Origin: Candidatus Multivorans sp.
GTDB lineage: Bacteria; Acidobacteriota; Thermoanaerobaculia; Multivoradales; Multivoraceae
DNA length: 64,000 nt
Direction: 5' to 3'
Assembly (NCBI GenBank): GCA_965224025.1
Contig: OZ245033.1
Location: forward strand, 2,912,001-2,976,000
A program made the translations under genes and the position numbers. Below the pieces are notes generated by a model that was given only the letters and a program-made list of their open reading frames with translations, did not search any database and had not been told where the DNA came from. Of the stretch, positions 38,271-47,667 are shown one piece after another. The number at the start of each line of letters is the position of its first letter. Within the stretch, counting starts at the first letter, position 1.

Positions 38271-39692
38271 TCATCTCTCCGCCTGCAGTTCCCTGCCGAT
38301 CTCCAGAACGCGGTCCAGTACCTGCATGACGTCGTCCTCGGTGGTGCGGGTGTTCAGCACGCAGAACCTCAGTGAGAACCGGTCGCCGAGCCGCGTGGAG
38401 GCGATCATCGCGAATCCCGACTGGACGATTCGGTCCTGGATCTGGCGGTTCAGTTCGTCGAGGCGTTCACCCGAAACGGCTGGTTCCGCGTTGAGGCCCC
38501 GGTAGCGGAAACAGACCACGCCCAGACTCGGCGGCGCGAGAAGTTCCAGTTCGTCCTCGCGTGCAATCCTGTCCGCTGCCTCTGCGGCGATGCCGATCGC
38601 CCCGGCGATGGCTTGCCGGTGCGCGGCCAGGCCGTAGCGCTGGACCGACAGCCATACGCGGAGCGCGCGAAACGCGCGGGTGAGCTGGAGCCCGCGGTTG
38701 CAGAAGTTCACGTGCTGGGTGCCGAGATCGGTGTCCTGCATGTAGTCGGGCAGGATGCGAAAGGCGGACTCCAGGCGGGTGACGTCGCGGGCCATGAGGC
38801 AACCTGTCTCGTAGGGCTGCATGAGCCACTTGTGCGGGTCGAGCGTCACGCTGTCGGCCAGTTCAAGGCCTCGGAGCAGAGGTCGGGCTTCCGGATCGAG
38901 AACGGCGAAGCCGCCGTACGCGGCGTCGATGTGGTTCCAGAGCCCTTCCGTCCGAGCGATCTCCGCCAGCTCCACCAGGGGATCGATGGCGCCGGTGTTC
39001 GTCGTGCCGGCATTCGCCACGAGGCAGAACGGTTCCAGACCCGCCTCGCGGTCTCGGCGTACGGCTTCCAGGAGGGTCGCTGGGAGGATTCGGAATTCAC
39101 CGTCGGTGGCCAGGACCCGTATCCGGGCGGGATCGACTCCGGCAATCCGGGCGGCGCGTCCCACCGAGCCGTGGGCCTGGTCGGAGACGTAGACCGCGCC
39201 GCGCTGAGGGTTTCCGGCGGCCTCGCGCGCCGCAACGACGGCCAGCAGATTGGCGGCCGAGCCGCCGCTCGTAAACAGGCCGCCCGCGCCTTTCGGGTAG
39301 CCCAGCCAATCGCGAAACCAGTCGGTGACCGTGAGCTCGATCTGGGATGGTCCCGCGGACGCGAGCCAGGTCCCCTGGAAGACGTTGTACCCGCTGATCA
39401 GGAATCAGGCCAGCACGGAGGCCCAGGAGGGGCTGGCGGGGACGAAGGCGAGAAAGCGCGGGTGGTCGATCCGGGCCGCGAGCGGCATCACATCGCGAAC
39501 CACGGTCTCGAGCAGCGGATCGAGATCCCGCCCCTCCTCGGGAGGAGGTCCATGGAGCAACGCCTCGGTGACATCCCGCGGCGCAGTCTGGAACGCCTTG
39601 TCGTGCCCAAGTTCGCTCAAGCGCTCGACAATCGCGTCGACCACCCGGTAGCCGGACCGGCGCATTTCCTCCGGATCTTCAAGGATCGACAC
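38271..39692 (-). pseudogene. Group II PLP-dependent (aromatic amino acid-type) decarboxylase with one in-frame TGA
   Basis: HPRFLAFVP...SVLA*FLISGYN (TGA 39407-39405, same frame on both sides), TSGGSAAN, GTTNTGAID, HIDAAYGG, DPHKW. Confidence 0.8.
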
Positions 39693-39811
39693 GTCTTGTC
39701 AGACCTTCCTGGCCGCACCGGTTCTGGACCGACTCGCGGCGCGGCAGCTATCGTACAGCCCTGAGAACCACTGCCCTCCGCTTCCGCCCAGGGAGACGCC
39801 TTCTCCTTCTG

Positions 39812-40387
39812 GTGTTCGGCCTCTCCATGTTCTCCTCCCTCGTTTACGAGGTGGCCTGGTCGCGCTCGCTGTCTCTGGTTTTCGGGACGACGATCTACGC
39901 CTTCACCGCGGTCCTCACGGCGTTCATGGCGGGCCTGGCCCTCGGAGCGTACTGCTTCGGAAGAGTCGCCGATCAGACGAAGACACCCGTCCTGCTCTTC
40001 GCGAAGCTCGAGTTCGCCCTTGCCGCCTACGGTGTTCTTCTCATACCTCTTTTCGACCTCACGTACCGAGTCCGGTTGGCTCTGTTCAGCCAGCTCCAGG
40101 GATCTTCCGCGATGTTGTTCATCATGTTCAGCATCGTCTTCCTTCTTCTCATCGTGCCGGCGGGAATCATGGGCGCCACGTTCCCGCTGATGACGAAGAT
40201 CTACTCCAGAAACTTCGGCCGCGACATCTCGGACGTGTATGCGGTGGACACGATCTTCGCCGGCGCCGGCGCCCTGTGCGGCGGATTCCTCTTCCTGCCG
40301 TACCTGGGCCTGTCTCAAACGATCGTGCTGGCCGCGGCACTCAACCTGATGGCCGGCTTCGTGCTCTACCAGGGGCGTGAACGATGA
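39812..40387 (+). CDS. Membrane domain of the fused MFS/spermidine-synthase family (stand-alone)
   Basis: LVYEVAWSR, FMAGLALG, MGATFP; start position uncertain. Confidence 0.7.
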   Translation: MFGLSMFSSLVYEVAWSRSLSLVFGTTIYAFTAVLTAFMAGLALGAYCFGRVADQTKTPVLLFAKLEFALAAYGVLLIPLFDLTYRVRLALFSQLQGSSAMLFIMFSIVFLLLIVPAGIMGATFPLMTKIYSRNFGRDISDVYAVDTIFAGAGALCGGFLFLPYLGLSQTIVLAAALNLMAGFVLYQGRER

Positions 40388-42542
40388 AGCTGAGGGCGCT
40401 GCTTCTCGTTGCCTTCTTCTTCTCGGGCTTCGCCGCACTGGTGTACGAAGTCATGTTCACCAAGGGCTTGATTCTGTTTGTGGGCGGGACGGTCTACGCC
40501 TACAGCTTGATCCTGACGGCTTTCCTCACGGGAATGGGCTTCGGCAGCCTGTTGGCGAAGCGCTTCCAGAAGACGGATCTCGCCACGCTGTTCGCGTACG
40601 TTCAGCTCGGGATCGGCGCCTACGGTCTTCTGTTCGTGCCGATCCTGAACAACCTGGATGTCGCGTACCTCGAGATCTACAACATCTCGCGCGGCAGCTT
40701 CGGTGTCTTTCACTCGCTCCTGCTTCTCCTCGCCTACTTGGTCCTCCTCGTGCCGACCCTGCTCATGGGGATGACCTTTCCGGTCGTGAGTCGGTTGATC
40801 ACCCGGTCCCAGAAGATCGGCACGGATGTCGGGAAGCTGTTCTGCGTCAATACTCTGGGAGGAGTGGCCGGCGCCTTTGTGGGAGGTTTCGTGCTGCTGC
40901 CGGGGATCGGCCTGGAGAGGGCGATCCTCGTCGCCGTCGCGCTGAACTTTCTCATCTCAGCCGTGGTCTTTCTTGCTGCCGGGAAGGGCGGCAGGGTCGC
41001 CTACGGCGGCGCCTGCGCCGTTGTGTTTGTTCTTGCCGCGTCCCTGTTCGACGCGAAAGTCGATCCCTACCGCTTTGGCGTCTACCACCAGCATGGGAGG
41101 TTCGAGGCCGCGAGCGACTATCGACAGGCCCTCGCACGAGAGAGAGGAGCCGCCGGAATAGCGTTTTCCGATTTTGGGCTGTACGGCTCCGTCGTGGTGA
41201 AAGAAGAGGGCTCCGTGAAGGTACTCATGATCGACGGGAAAGTCGACGCCGGAACGGGCCTGGACGTTCCTACCCAGCTCCTCCTGGGGTACATCCCCAG
41301 CCTCATGCACGCCGATCCGAAAGAGGTGGCGATCATCGGCCTCGGCAGCGGGATCACCTTGTCCGCGGTCCAGAGTTTCCCGTCGGTGGAGAGGATCGAC
41401 GTGCTCGAGCTGAACCCGACGGTCGTCGAGGCGGCCGGGTTCTTCGAGCTGGAGAACCGGAACGCCCTCGGCGATGAACGGGTGGAACTGACCGTAGGCG
41501 ATGCGAGGGACTATCTCTCCACGACCGAGCGGACCTACGACGTCGTCATTTCGGAGCCTTCCAACCCGTGGATCGATGGTGAGGTCTTTCTCTTCACGCG
41601 AGAGTTCTACTCCGTCGTCGCCGAGCGCCTCAACGAGGGAGGACTGTTCCTGCAGTGGATCGGCGCCTACGACTTCAATCCAGAGGATCTCAAGATCTCC
41701 CTCCGAACTCTCGAGACCGCATTCCCCTACGTGCAGGCCTGGGCCGACGCCAGAGGCGTGGATTTCTTCCTGCTGGCATCGAAAGAGCCCATCGTCAGAG
41801 ACTACGAGGGAATCGCGGCCGCCATGCGGGAACCGGTCATCCGTTCCGACATGGAGGCGATCTCCGCCCTGTCGAACCGGGCGCCGTTCACGGGTCCGGA
41901 CGTCTTCTTTTCGTTCTTCGTTGCCGGCGATGAGGCTCTCGACTCCTACGCCACGGGCGCGCCGGTCAACACGGACAACCGTCCGATCATCGAGTTCAGG
42001 ACCGCAAGGAACAGAGTGGGGCGCACAACGAGCAGCCTGGGCGCCATCCTCGACCATACGAGCGACGGCGGCCCCTCGACGGCGATCTCACCTCCCGTGA
42101 CCGATCCCGTCTCGGGTGACGCTCTGTCCTTCCTGGGCTTCGCGCGAGCCTCGACATGCCTCTGGCGGAGATCGAGTACGCCTACGAATACACCACTCGC
42201 GGTGAGGACCCCACGAGCCTCCGTCTGGCGCTCGAGCTGACGAAGCACGTCATCTTCACCGACGGACGGAAGCTGCTGGTCATCCGTGGACACCCTCGAG
42301 AAACGGCGCCACCGATCGAGGAGTTCGAGAGGATCGCTAGTTCCCTGGATTCGAATGTGCTGAGCACGATCGAAGTCGAGGGACAGACCAGGTACCTGAC
42401 CCGAGGCGAGACGATCTCGGCGATGCTGTGGCACTGCAACCGGCACCTGTACGTGACGTACTTCGAGCATCCGCCGGGAGCATCGCTGCCGTCGATGTTC
42501 GACACCCTGGCGGGTGTCAGTTGCGCTGTTCCTAGAAGGTGA
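40384..42542 (+). CDS. Fused membrane/spermidine-synthase-like methyltransferase; probable frameshift at ~42137
   Basis: SGFAALVYE, IIGLGSGIT, GDARDYL, YDVVISEPSNPW, FTREFY, NTDNRPIIEF. The C-terminus continues in ORF 42156-42542. Confidence 0.78.
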
Positions 42543-45321
42543 ACCCGACGTTGAACCGGTACTCGGACGGCCTCTGGTAGGCAATGTCGCCGCCGCCCCT
42601 TCCCGTGGGCAGGCCCGACACGGGATTGACGAACAACTGGGCGTCGTCGTTCAGCGCGTTGGCAAGTTCCGCGCCTACCTTGATCTCGTACTTGCCCTTG
42701 ATCGGCGGGAAGATCCAGCTCGCGTTGAGGTTGAGCTCCGTCGCGGTATCGAGCTGTCGGGAGCCTTGGGGATCGAGAAACTCCACGACTCTTTCCCTCT
42801 GGCCCGTCAGCGGGTGGGTTACGAAGACGTTCCGTTGGCTCTCCCATAGACGTCCCGTCCGAAAGCGGTAGTGGGCGCCCGTGGTCAGCGTGTGTTCGCC
42901 GATCGACCAGCGCTTGGCAGCGAGGACATTGAAGATCTCCGGGAACTCCGAGTTGTTGCCGATAGGACGGTTCCCTCTGTTGCGGGAGTTCACATCGCTA
43001 CTCCCGTCGGAGCCGAGGCCGCCGATGGCTTCGATGGCATCTTCGAAATCCTCGGTGCCTCTTGCCTCGCCCACGTACAGGTTGGCGCGCAGCGTCCAGT
43101 TGTTCCGGAAGTTGCGGTTGAGCTCGAGGATGATGCCCTCGTGCTCGCGAGTCAGGCCCAGGCGCGAAGGGACTCCGTGCAAGGCCGACAGCCTGTTGAC
43201 CTCGGCCTGGGTCCAGTTGGCGAGGGCGAAGCCCCGTCTTCCGTTTTCGTCGAACTGGATGCTCGTATCCCAGATGTTGTCGTTCTCGCTCACGGTGTAC
43301 ATGGCCTTGGCGACCCAGTTCCGGTTGAACTGCCAGTCGACACCGAGCGTGTACGCGTCGGAGTACTCGGGTTCCAGGTTTCTCGTTGCCTCCCTGCCGG
43401 CGCTGGCCACGATGGAGCTGCCCAGGATGTCGTAGTCCTGGGTCAGGGGATTCCAATCGAACACCATGCGCGTGTTCGTGCCGTTCGAGCCCTGGTCGAA
43501 GTTCTGCGTGAGACTCATGTTGAAGAGATTGAGATAACGCCCGGCCGTACCGCGGACCAGCAGCCTGCCGTCGCCATTGACGTCGTAGACGACACTCAAC
43601 CTGGGCGCCAGCTCGTCGTAGTCGTTGACCTGTTCCCCGGCGTTGTTCTCCATCGACTGGCCCTCGAGCCGCAGGCCCGCGGTAAGAACCCACTTGTCTC
43701 CGATGTCGATGCGGTCCTGGATGAAGAGGGTGTTCAACTCGCTCTCCCGGCGGAACAGGCCTCCATCCGGCGGCGCATAGACCGTAAAGGTCTCGGGAGT
43801 CGCGAAACCGCCGGGGAGGTCGTAGCCGAAACCGCGACCGCTGTACTCCTTCTCGGGCCAGTTGCGCGTATCGAGGCCCATGACGTGGCGCTCGGCGCCG
43901 AGCCTGAGCTCGTGGTTGTCGCCCGCGAAGATCGTCGCATAGGCGTTGATCTGCCGGCGGGGACCGTCCGTAAACCGGCCGGACAAGCCGCCAACGGTGC
44001 AACCGTTGTAGAAGAGGCGGCGGTCGAGGTCGTAGTAGCGGAAGTTGTTGCTACTCGGGGTGTTCGGGTTCCCGCCGGAGAGACTCCCCTTGCGATTGAG
44101 GCAGTTGTCGATGCGAATGTCCTCGCTGTCGCCAACCTTGAGTTCCGTGAAGACCTTCGGGGTGGCGGCCCAGTTCCACAACGCCGTGTTCAACTCGGCC
44201 GTCTCCTGGCGCCCGTTGAGGGTGAAGAGGTCCCCCGTCCGGTTGCCCCCGCCCTCGCGGTAGCCCGGGGTGCGCACATAGGTCGCGGCGAGCTGATGGT
44301 CGTCGCCAGGCTGGAAGTTGACCTTGGCGACCGTCGAACTCCCCTTGTAGCTCCAGTCGAAGACCGGATCCGCGATGACGTCCGGGTTGGAGTTGGTGCT
44401 GGCGCCCCGGATCCTGTTGTCGGACAGTTCGGCGTGGGCCGCGAAGAACCAGGCACGATCACGGTAGATCGGGCCGCCGAGAGCGGTCTCGTAGTTGTTG
44501 ATGATCTTGTCGGGACCCTCAAGATCGGGGTAGTCCCGGAATTCGCCGACCCACGCCTGGTTCTGAGCGACGTAGTGGAAGTCGCCATGGAACACATTGG
44601 TGCCCGACTTGACCACCGTGTTGATCGTTGCCGTCTGGGTGCGCCCGTACTCGGCGCCGCGGCCCTGGGTATGAACCTCCGTCGCGGCAACCTGCGTGGT
44701 CGCCATCCTGAACTTGAACACTCCGTAGTTGCCCGTGACCTGGCTGACATCGACGCCGTCGATGTTCACCGTGCCTCCGTCTCGGGGGCCGCCCATGAAG
44801 CTGTTGAGCCAATCCTGCTGCTTGGAGCCGGAATTGGCCGGCAGAACCGCCAGGCTGTTGACGTGGTGACGGGTGATGAAGGTCGTCAACTCCGCGGTTT
44901 CGGCGTCGATCCTCGCCGTCGCCCCGGGCTCGTACTTGTTGATCATGGGCGCTTCCGCGACGACCTGGATCTCCTCGGCTTCGCCTCCCCGCAAAGTGAG
45001 GTCGACGGCGCGGCGCTCACCCGGATCGAGAGTGACCGCGACCTGGTCGCTGGAGCCCAGGCCTTCGAGCTCGGCGCTGACCGTAAAGAGTCCGTCGAGC
45101 AGCAGACTGAAGCGAAACTCCCCGGCCGCGTCGCTGATCGCGTCCTTGGTGTTCTGCTGTCCGACGAGTTCCACACTGGCGCCCGGCAGTGGGTCTCCTT
45201 GGGCGTCGAGCACGCGGCCTTCGATGATTCCGGTCCCCGGACCGTCGGCCCACAGCGGCAAGGCCGCGCAGGCGACGATGGGGAGCATCCAGATGCTGCG
45301 CTTGAGGACGGCGATCTTCAT
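42532..45321 (-). CDS. TonB-dependent receptor with carboxypeptidase-regulatory-like N-domain (Oar type)
   Basis: GRVLDAQGDPLPGASV, AEYGR, KSGTNVFHG, GGPIYRDRAWFF, PRLSVVYD; terminal F. Confidence 0.88.
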   Translation of the reverse strand: MKIAVLKRSIWMLPIVACAALPLWADGPGTGIIEGRVLDAQGDPLPGASVELVGQQNTKDAISDAAGEFRFSLLLDGLFTVSAELEGLGSSDQVAVTLDPGERRAVDLTLRGGEAEEIQVVAEAPMINKYEPGATARIDAETAELTTFITRHHVNSLAVLPANSGSKQQDWLNSFMGGPRDGGTVNIDGVDVSQVTGNYGVFKFRMATTQVAATEVHTQGRGAEYGRTQTATINTVVKSGTNVFHGDFHYVAQNQAWVGEFRDYPDLEGPDKIINNYETALGGPIYRDRAWFFAAHAELSDNRIRGASTNSNPDVIADPVFDWSYKGSSTVAKVNFQPGDDHQLAATYVRTPGYREGGGNRTGDLFTLNGRQETAELNTALWNWAATPKVFTELKVGDSEDIRIDNCLNRKGSLSGGNPNTPSSNNFRYYDLDRRLFYNGCTVGGLSGRFTDGPRRQINAYATIFAGDNHELRLGAERHVMGLDTRNWPEKEYSGRGFGYDLPGGFATPETFTVYAPPDGGLFRRESELNTLFIQDRIDIGDKWVLTAGLRLEGQSMENNAGEQVNDYDELAPRLSVVYDVNGDGRLLVRGTAGRYLNLFNMSLTQNFDQGSNGTNTRMVFDWNPLTQDYDILGSSIVASAGREATRNLEPEYSDAYTLGVDWQFNRNWVAKAMYTVSENDNIWDTSIQFDENGRRGFALANWTQAEVNRLSALHGVPSRLGLTREHEGIILELNRNFRNNWTLRANLYVGEARGTEDFEDAIEAIGGLGSDGSSDVNSRNRGNRPIGNNSEFPEIFNVLAAKRWSIGEHTLTTGAHYRFRTGRLWESQRNVFVTHPLTGQRERVVEFLDPQGSRQLDTATELNLNASWIFPPIKGKYEIKVGAELANALNDDAQLFVNPVSGLPTGRGGGDIAYQRPSEYRFNVGFTF

Positions 45322-45561
45322 AGCTCCACCTCCATGAGTGTCCGACCCCGGGGTGGGAAGGGTCTAGCCCTCTTTGAAGGCCGGCTCAGCCCTGGTTTCC
45401 GCCATCATTAGCAGATGGTTGGTCGGGCGGCCGGCCGTTCGTCCTCGGGGCGGCTCCAACGTGGTTGGAAAGTTCTTCCGAGTGTAGCGGACGAATTGCG
45501 CCGCGTCTATCACCGATTTGACGTGCTCGCTGTAAATCGGGCTAACATCGTTGGTCCCACG

Positions 45562-47667
45562 ATGCAGGCTTCCATTCGCCTCGCGCTGCGCCTCGTCTTC
45601 GTCTGTGGGTTCGCGTCCGCCTCCGGCTCGGCGCAGCCGGGCGCGACCGGCGGCGACTGGCGCACCTACGCCGGCGACACCTGGGCGAGCAAGTACTCGT
45701 CCCTGGACGAGATCGACGCCGACAACTTCGGCGACCTGGAGATTGCCTGGCGCTGGAAGACGGCGGACACGCATCTTGTCGTGGCGGGCGATGGCGGCGC
45801 GTCGCTCGTGCCGTCGCAGGTCGTGTTCGACCGGGTGGCGGAGCAGCAGCCCGACCTGTGGCTGCGCGGTCCGGGGATCGGCGCGATGTCCTCGACGCCG
45901 CTCGCGGTCGACGGTGTGCTCTATCTGACCACGAGCGTCGAGCAGGCTGCGGCGATCGACGCGGGCACCGGCGAGACGCTCTGGGTTCATGACCCGCGCA
46001 CCTATGAAAGCTCCGCGCTTCCGACCAGCAGAGGCCATCGGGGGGCGGCGTACTGGGAAGGCGACGGCGAGGCCCGGATCGTCTGGGGAACCGGCGCCGG
46101 CTACCTGATCGCGGTCGACGCCAGGACCGGCGTACCGGCCGCGGAGTTCGGAGACAACGGACGGGTCGACTTCATCGCCGACCTGCCGCGCTCGCCCCGC
46201 GGGCAGCCCTTCCAGTTGCCGGTCGGCTCGCGGTCGGCGGCGCCGCTCATCGTCGGCGACGCGATCGTCGTCGGAACCAACCACACCGACTTCACCATTG
46301 CGAAGGAGGGGCCGCCCGGCTTCATCTTCGCCCACGACGTGCGCACCGGAGAGCGGCTGTGGGAGTTCCACATCGTGCCGCAGAGCGCCGACGAGTTCGG
46401 CGCCGACACCTGGGAAGACGAATCGTGGCGCTACACCGGCAACGGCAACGCCTGGGGCAATCTGAGCGCCGACCCGGAACTCGGCTACGTCTACGTGCCG
46501 ACCTCCGCGGTGGCCCCGGACCACTACGGCGGCCATCGCCCGGGCGACAATCTGTTCGCCAACAGCATCGTCTGTCTCGACGTCGAGACGGGGGCGCGCG
46601 TGTGGCACTACCAGCTCATCCATCACGAGGTCTGGGACTACGACAGCCCGACGGCGCCGAATCTGCTCGACATCACCGTCGATGGACGTCGTGTGAAGGC
46701 TGTAGCGCAGGTCACCAAGCAGGGGTTCGTCTACACCTTCGACCGGGTGACCGGCGAGCCGGTCTGGCCGATCGAGGAGCGCCCGGTGCCGACCGACACC
46801 GACCTGGAAGGGGAGGTCATGTCTCCCACCCAGCCGTTCCCGACCAGGCCGCCGCCGTTCGCGGTGCAGGGCGCCCGGATCGAGGACCTGGCGGACTTCA
46901 CGCCCGAGATCCGGCAGATGGCGCTCGAGGCCGTCGGCGAGTTCAGGCTCGGCCCGCTCTACACGCCGCTGTCGCTGCGCGGCACGGTCTTCCGACCGGC
47001 GGCGGGGGGCGGCGCCAACTGGTCGGGCGCCGCCGTCGATCCCGAAACCGGCGTGCTGTACGTCCCGTCCACCAATGGCCACTCGGTGATCCGCTTCCGC
47101 GACGGAGGGCCCAGCACCGACTTGCGCTACCTCGCCGACCGCACCGATCCCGTCGGCGGGATCATGCGCGGCCGCTCGACTCCCTGGGGACCGTTCGAGA
47201 CTGTCGCTCGGGGCGCCTCGTTTCTCGACGGAGGCAACCCGACCCGGCAGCCGGCGATGCCGCGGGGGCTGCCGCTGTGGAAGCCGCCCTCCTCGGCGAT
47301 GGTCGCCATCGACATGAGTCGGGGCGAGCATCTGTGGACGACCCCGCTCGGCAGGGGCGCCCGGTACCAGGACCACCCTCTGCTGCGCGATCTCGATCTG
47401 CCGCCGTTGGGTGGCGATCACAGCCGGGCCGGTTCGCTGCTGACGAGGACGTTGCTGATCCACGCGCTGAGCGGTGGGACCGACGACGGTCCGCAATTGG
47501 TGGCCTACGACAAGGACACCGGTGAGGAGCTGGCGGGGGTCGATCTGCCCGGCCGCGGTCTCGGTTCGCCGATGACCTACCTGCTCGACGGACGGCAGTA
47601 CGTCGCACTCACGGTCAGCGGCAGGGTGCCCGAGTTGATCGCCTACCGGCTGTCGGAGAGTCGATGA
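45562..47667 (+). CDS. PQQ-dependent dehydrogenase (glucose/quinate DH-like, no N-terminal TM bundle)
   Basis: YSSLDEID, GNAWGNLSADPELG, WHYQLIHHEVWDYD, KQGFVYTFDRVTGEP, GGANW, SPMTY. Confidence 0.88.
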   Translation: MQASIRLALRLVFVCGFASASGSAQPGATGGDWRTYAGDTWASKYSSLDEIDADNFGDLEIAWRWKTADTHLVVAGDGGASLVPSQVVFDRVAEQQPDLWLRGPGIGAMSSTPLAVDGVLYLTTSVEQAAAIDAGTGETLWVHDPRTYESSALPTSRGHRGAAYWEGDGEARIVWGTGAGYLIAVDARTGVPAAEFGDNGRVDFIADLPRSPRGQPFQLPVGSRSAAPLIVGDAIVVGTNHTDFTIAKEGPPGFIFAHDVRTGERLWEFHIVPQSADEFGADTWEDESWRYTGNGNAWGNLSADPELGYVYVPTSAVAPDHYGGHRPGDNLFANSIVCLDVETGARVWHYQLIHHEVWDYDSPTAPNLLDITVDGRRVKAVAQVTKQGFVYTFDRVTGEPVWPIEERPVPTDTDLEGEVMSPTQPFPTRPPPFAVQGARIEDLADFTPEIRQMALEAVGEFRLGPLYTPLSLRGTVFRPAAGGGANWSGAAVDPETGVLYVPSTNGHSVIRFRDGGPSTDLRYLADRTDPVGGIMRGRSTPWGPFETVARGASFLDGGNPTRQPAMPRGLPLWKPPSSAMVAIDMSRGEHLWTTPLGRGARYQDHPLLRDLDLPPLGGDHSRAGSLLTRTLLIHALSGGTDDGPQLVAYDKDTGEELAGVDLPGRGLGSPMTYLLDGRQYVALTVSGRVPELIAYRLSESR

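Noticed and set aside
39405-39407. Selenocysteine recoding of the in-frame TGA
   Set aside because: The position is not a Cys site in group II decarboxylases and no SECIS was recognised; nonsense or error is more likely.
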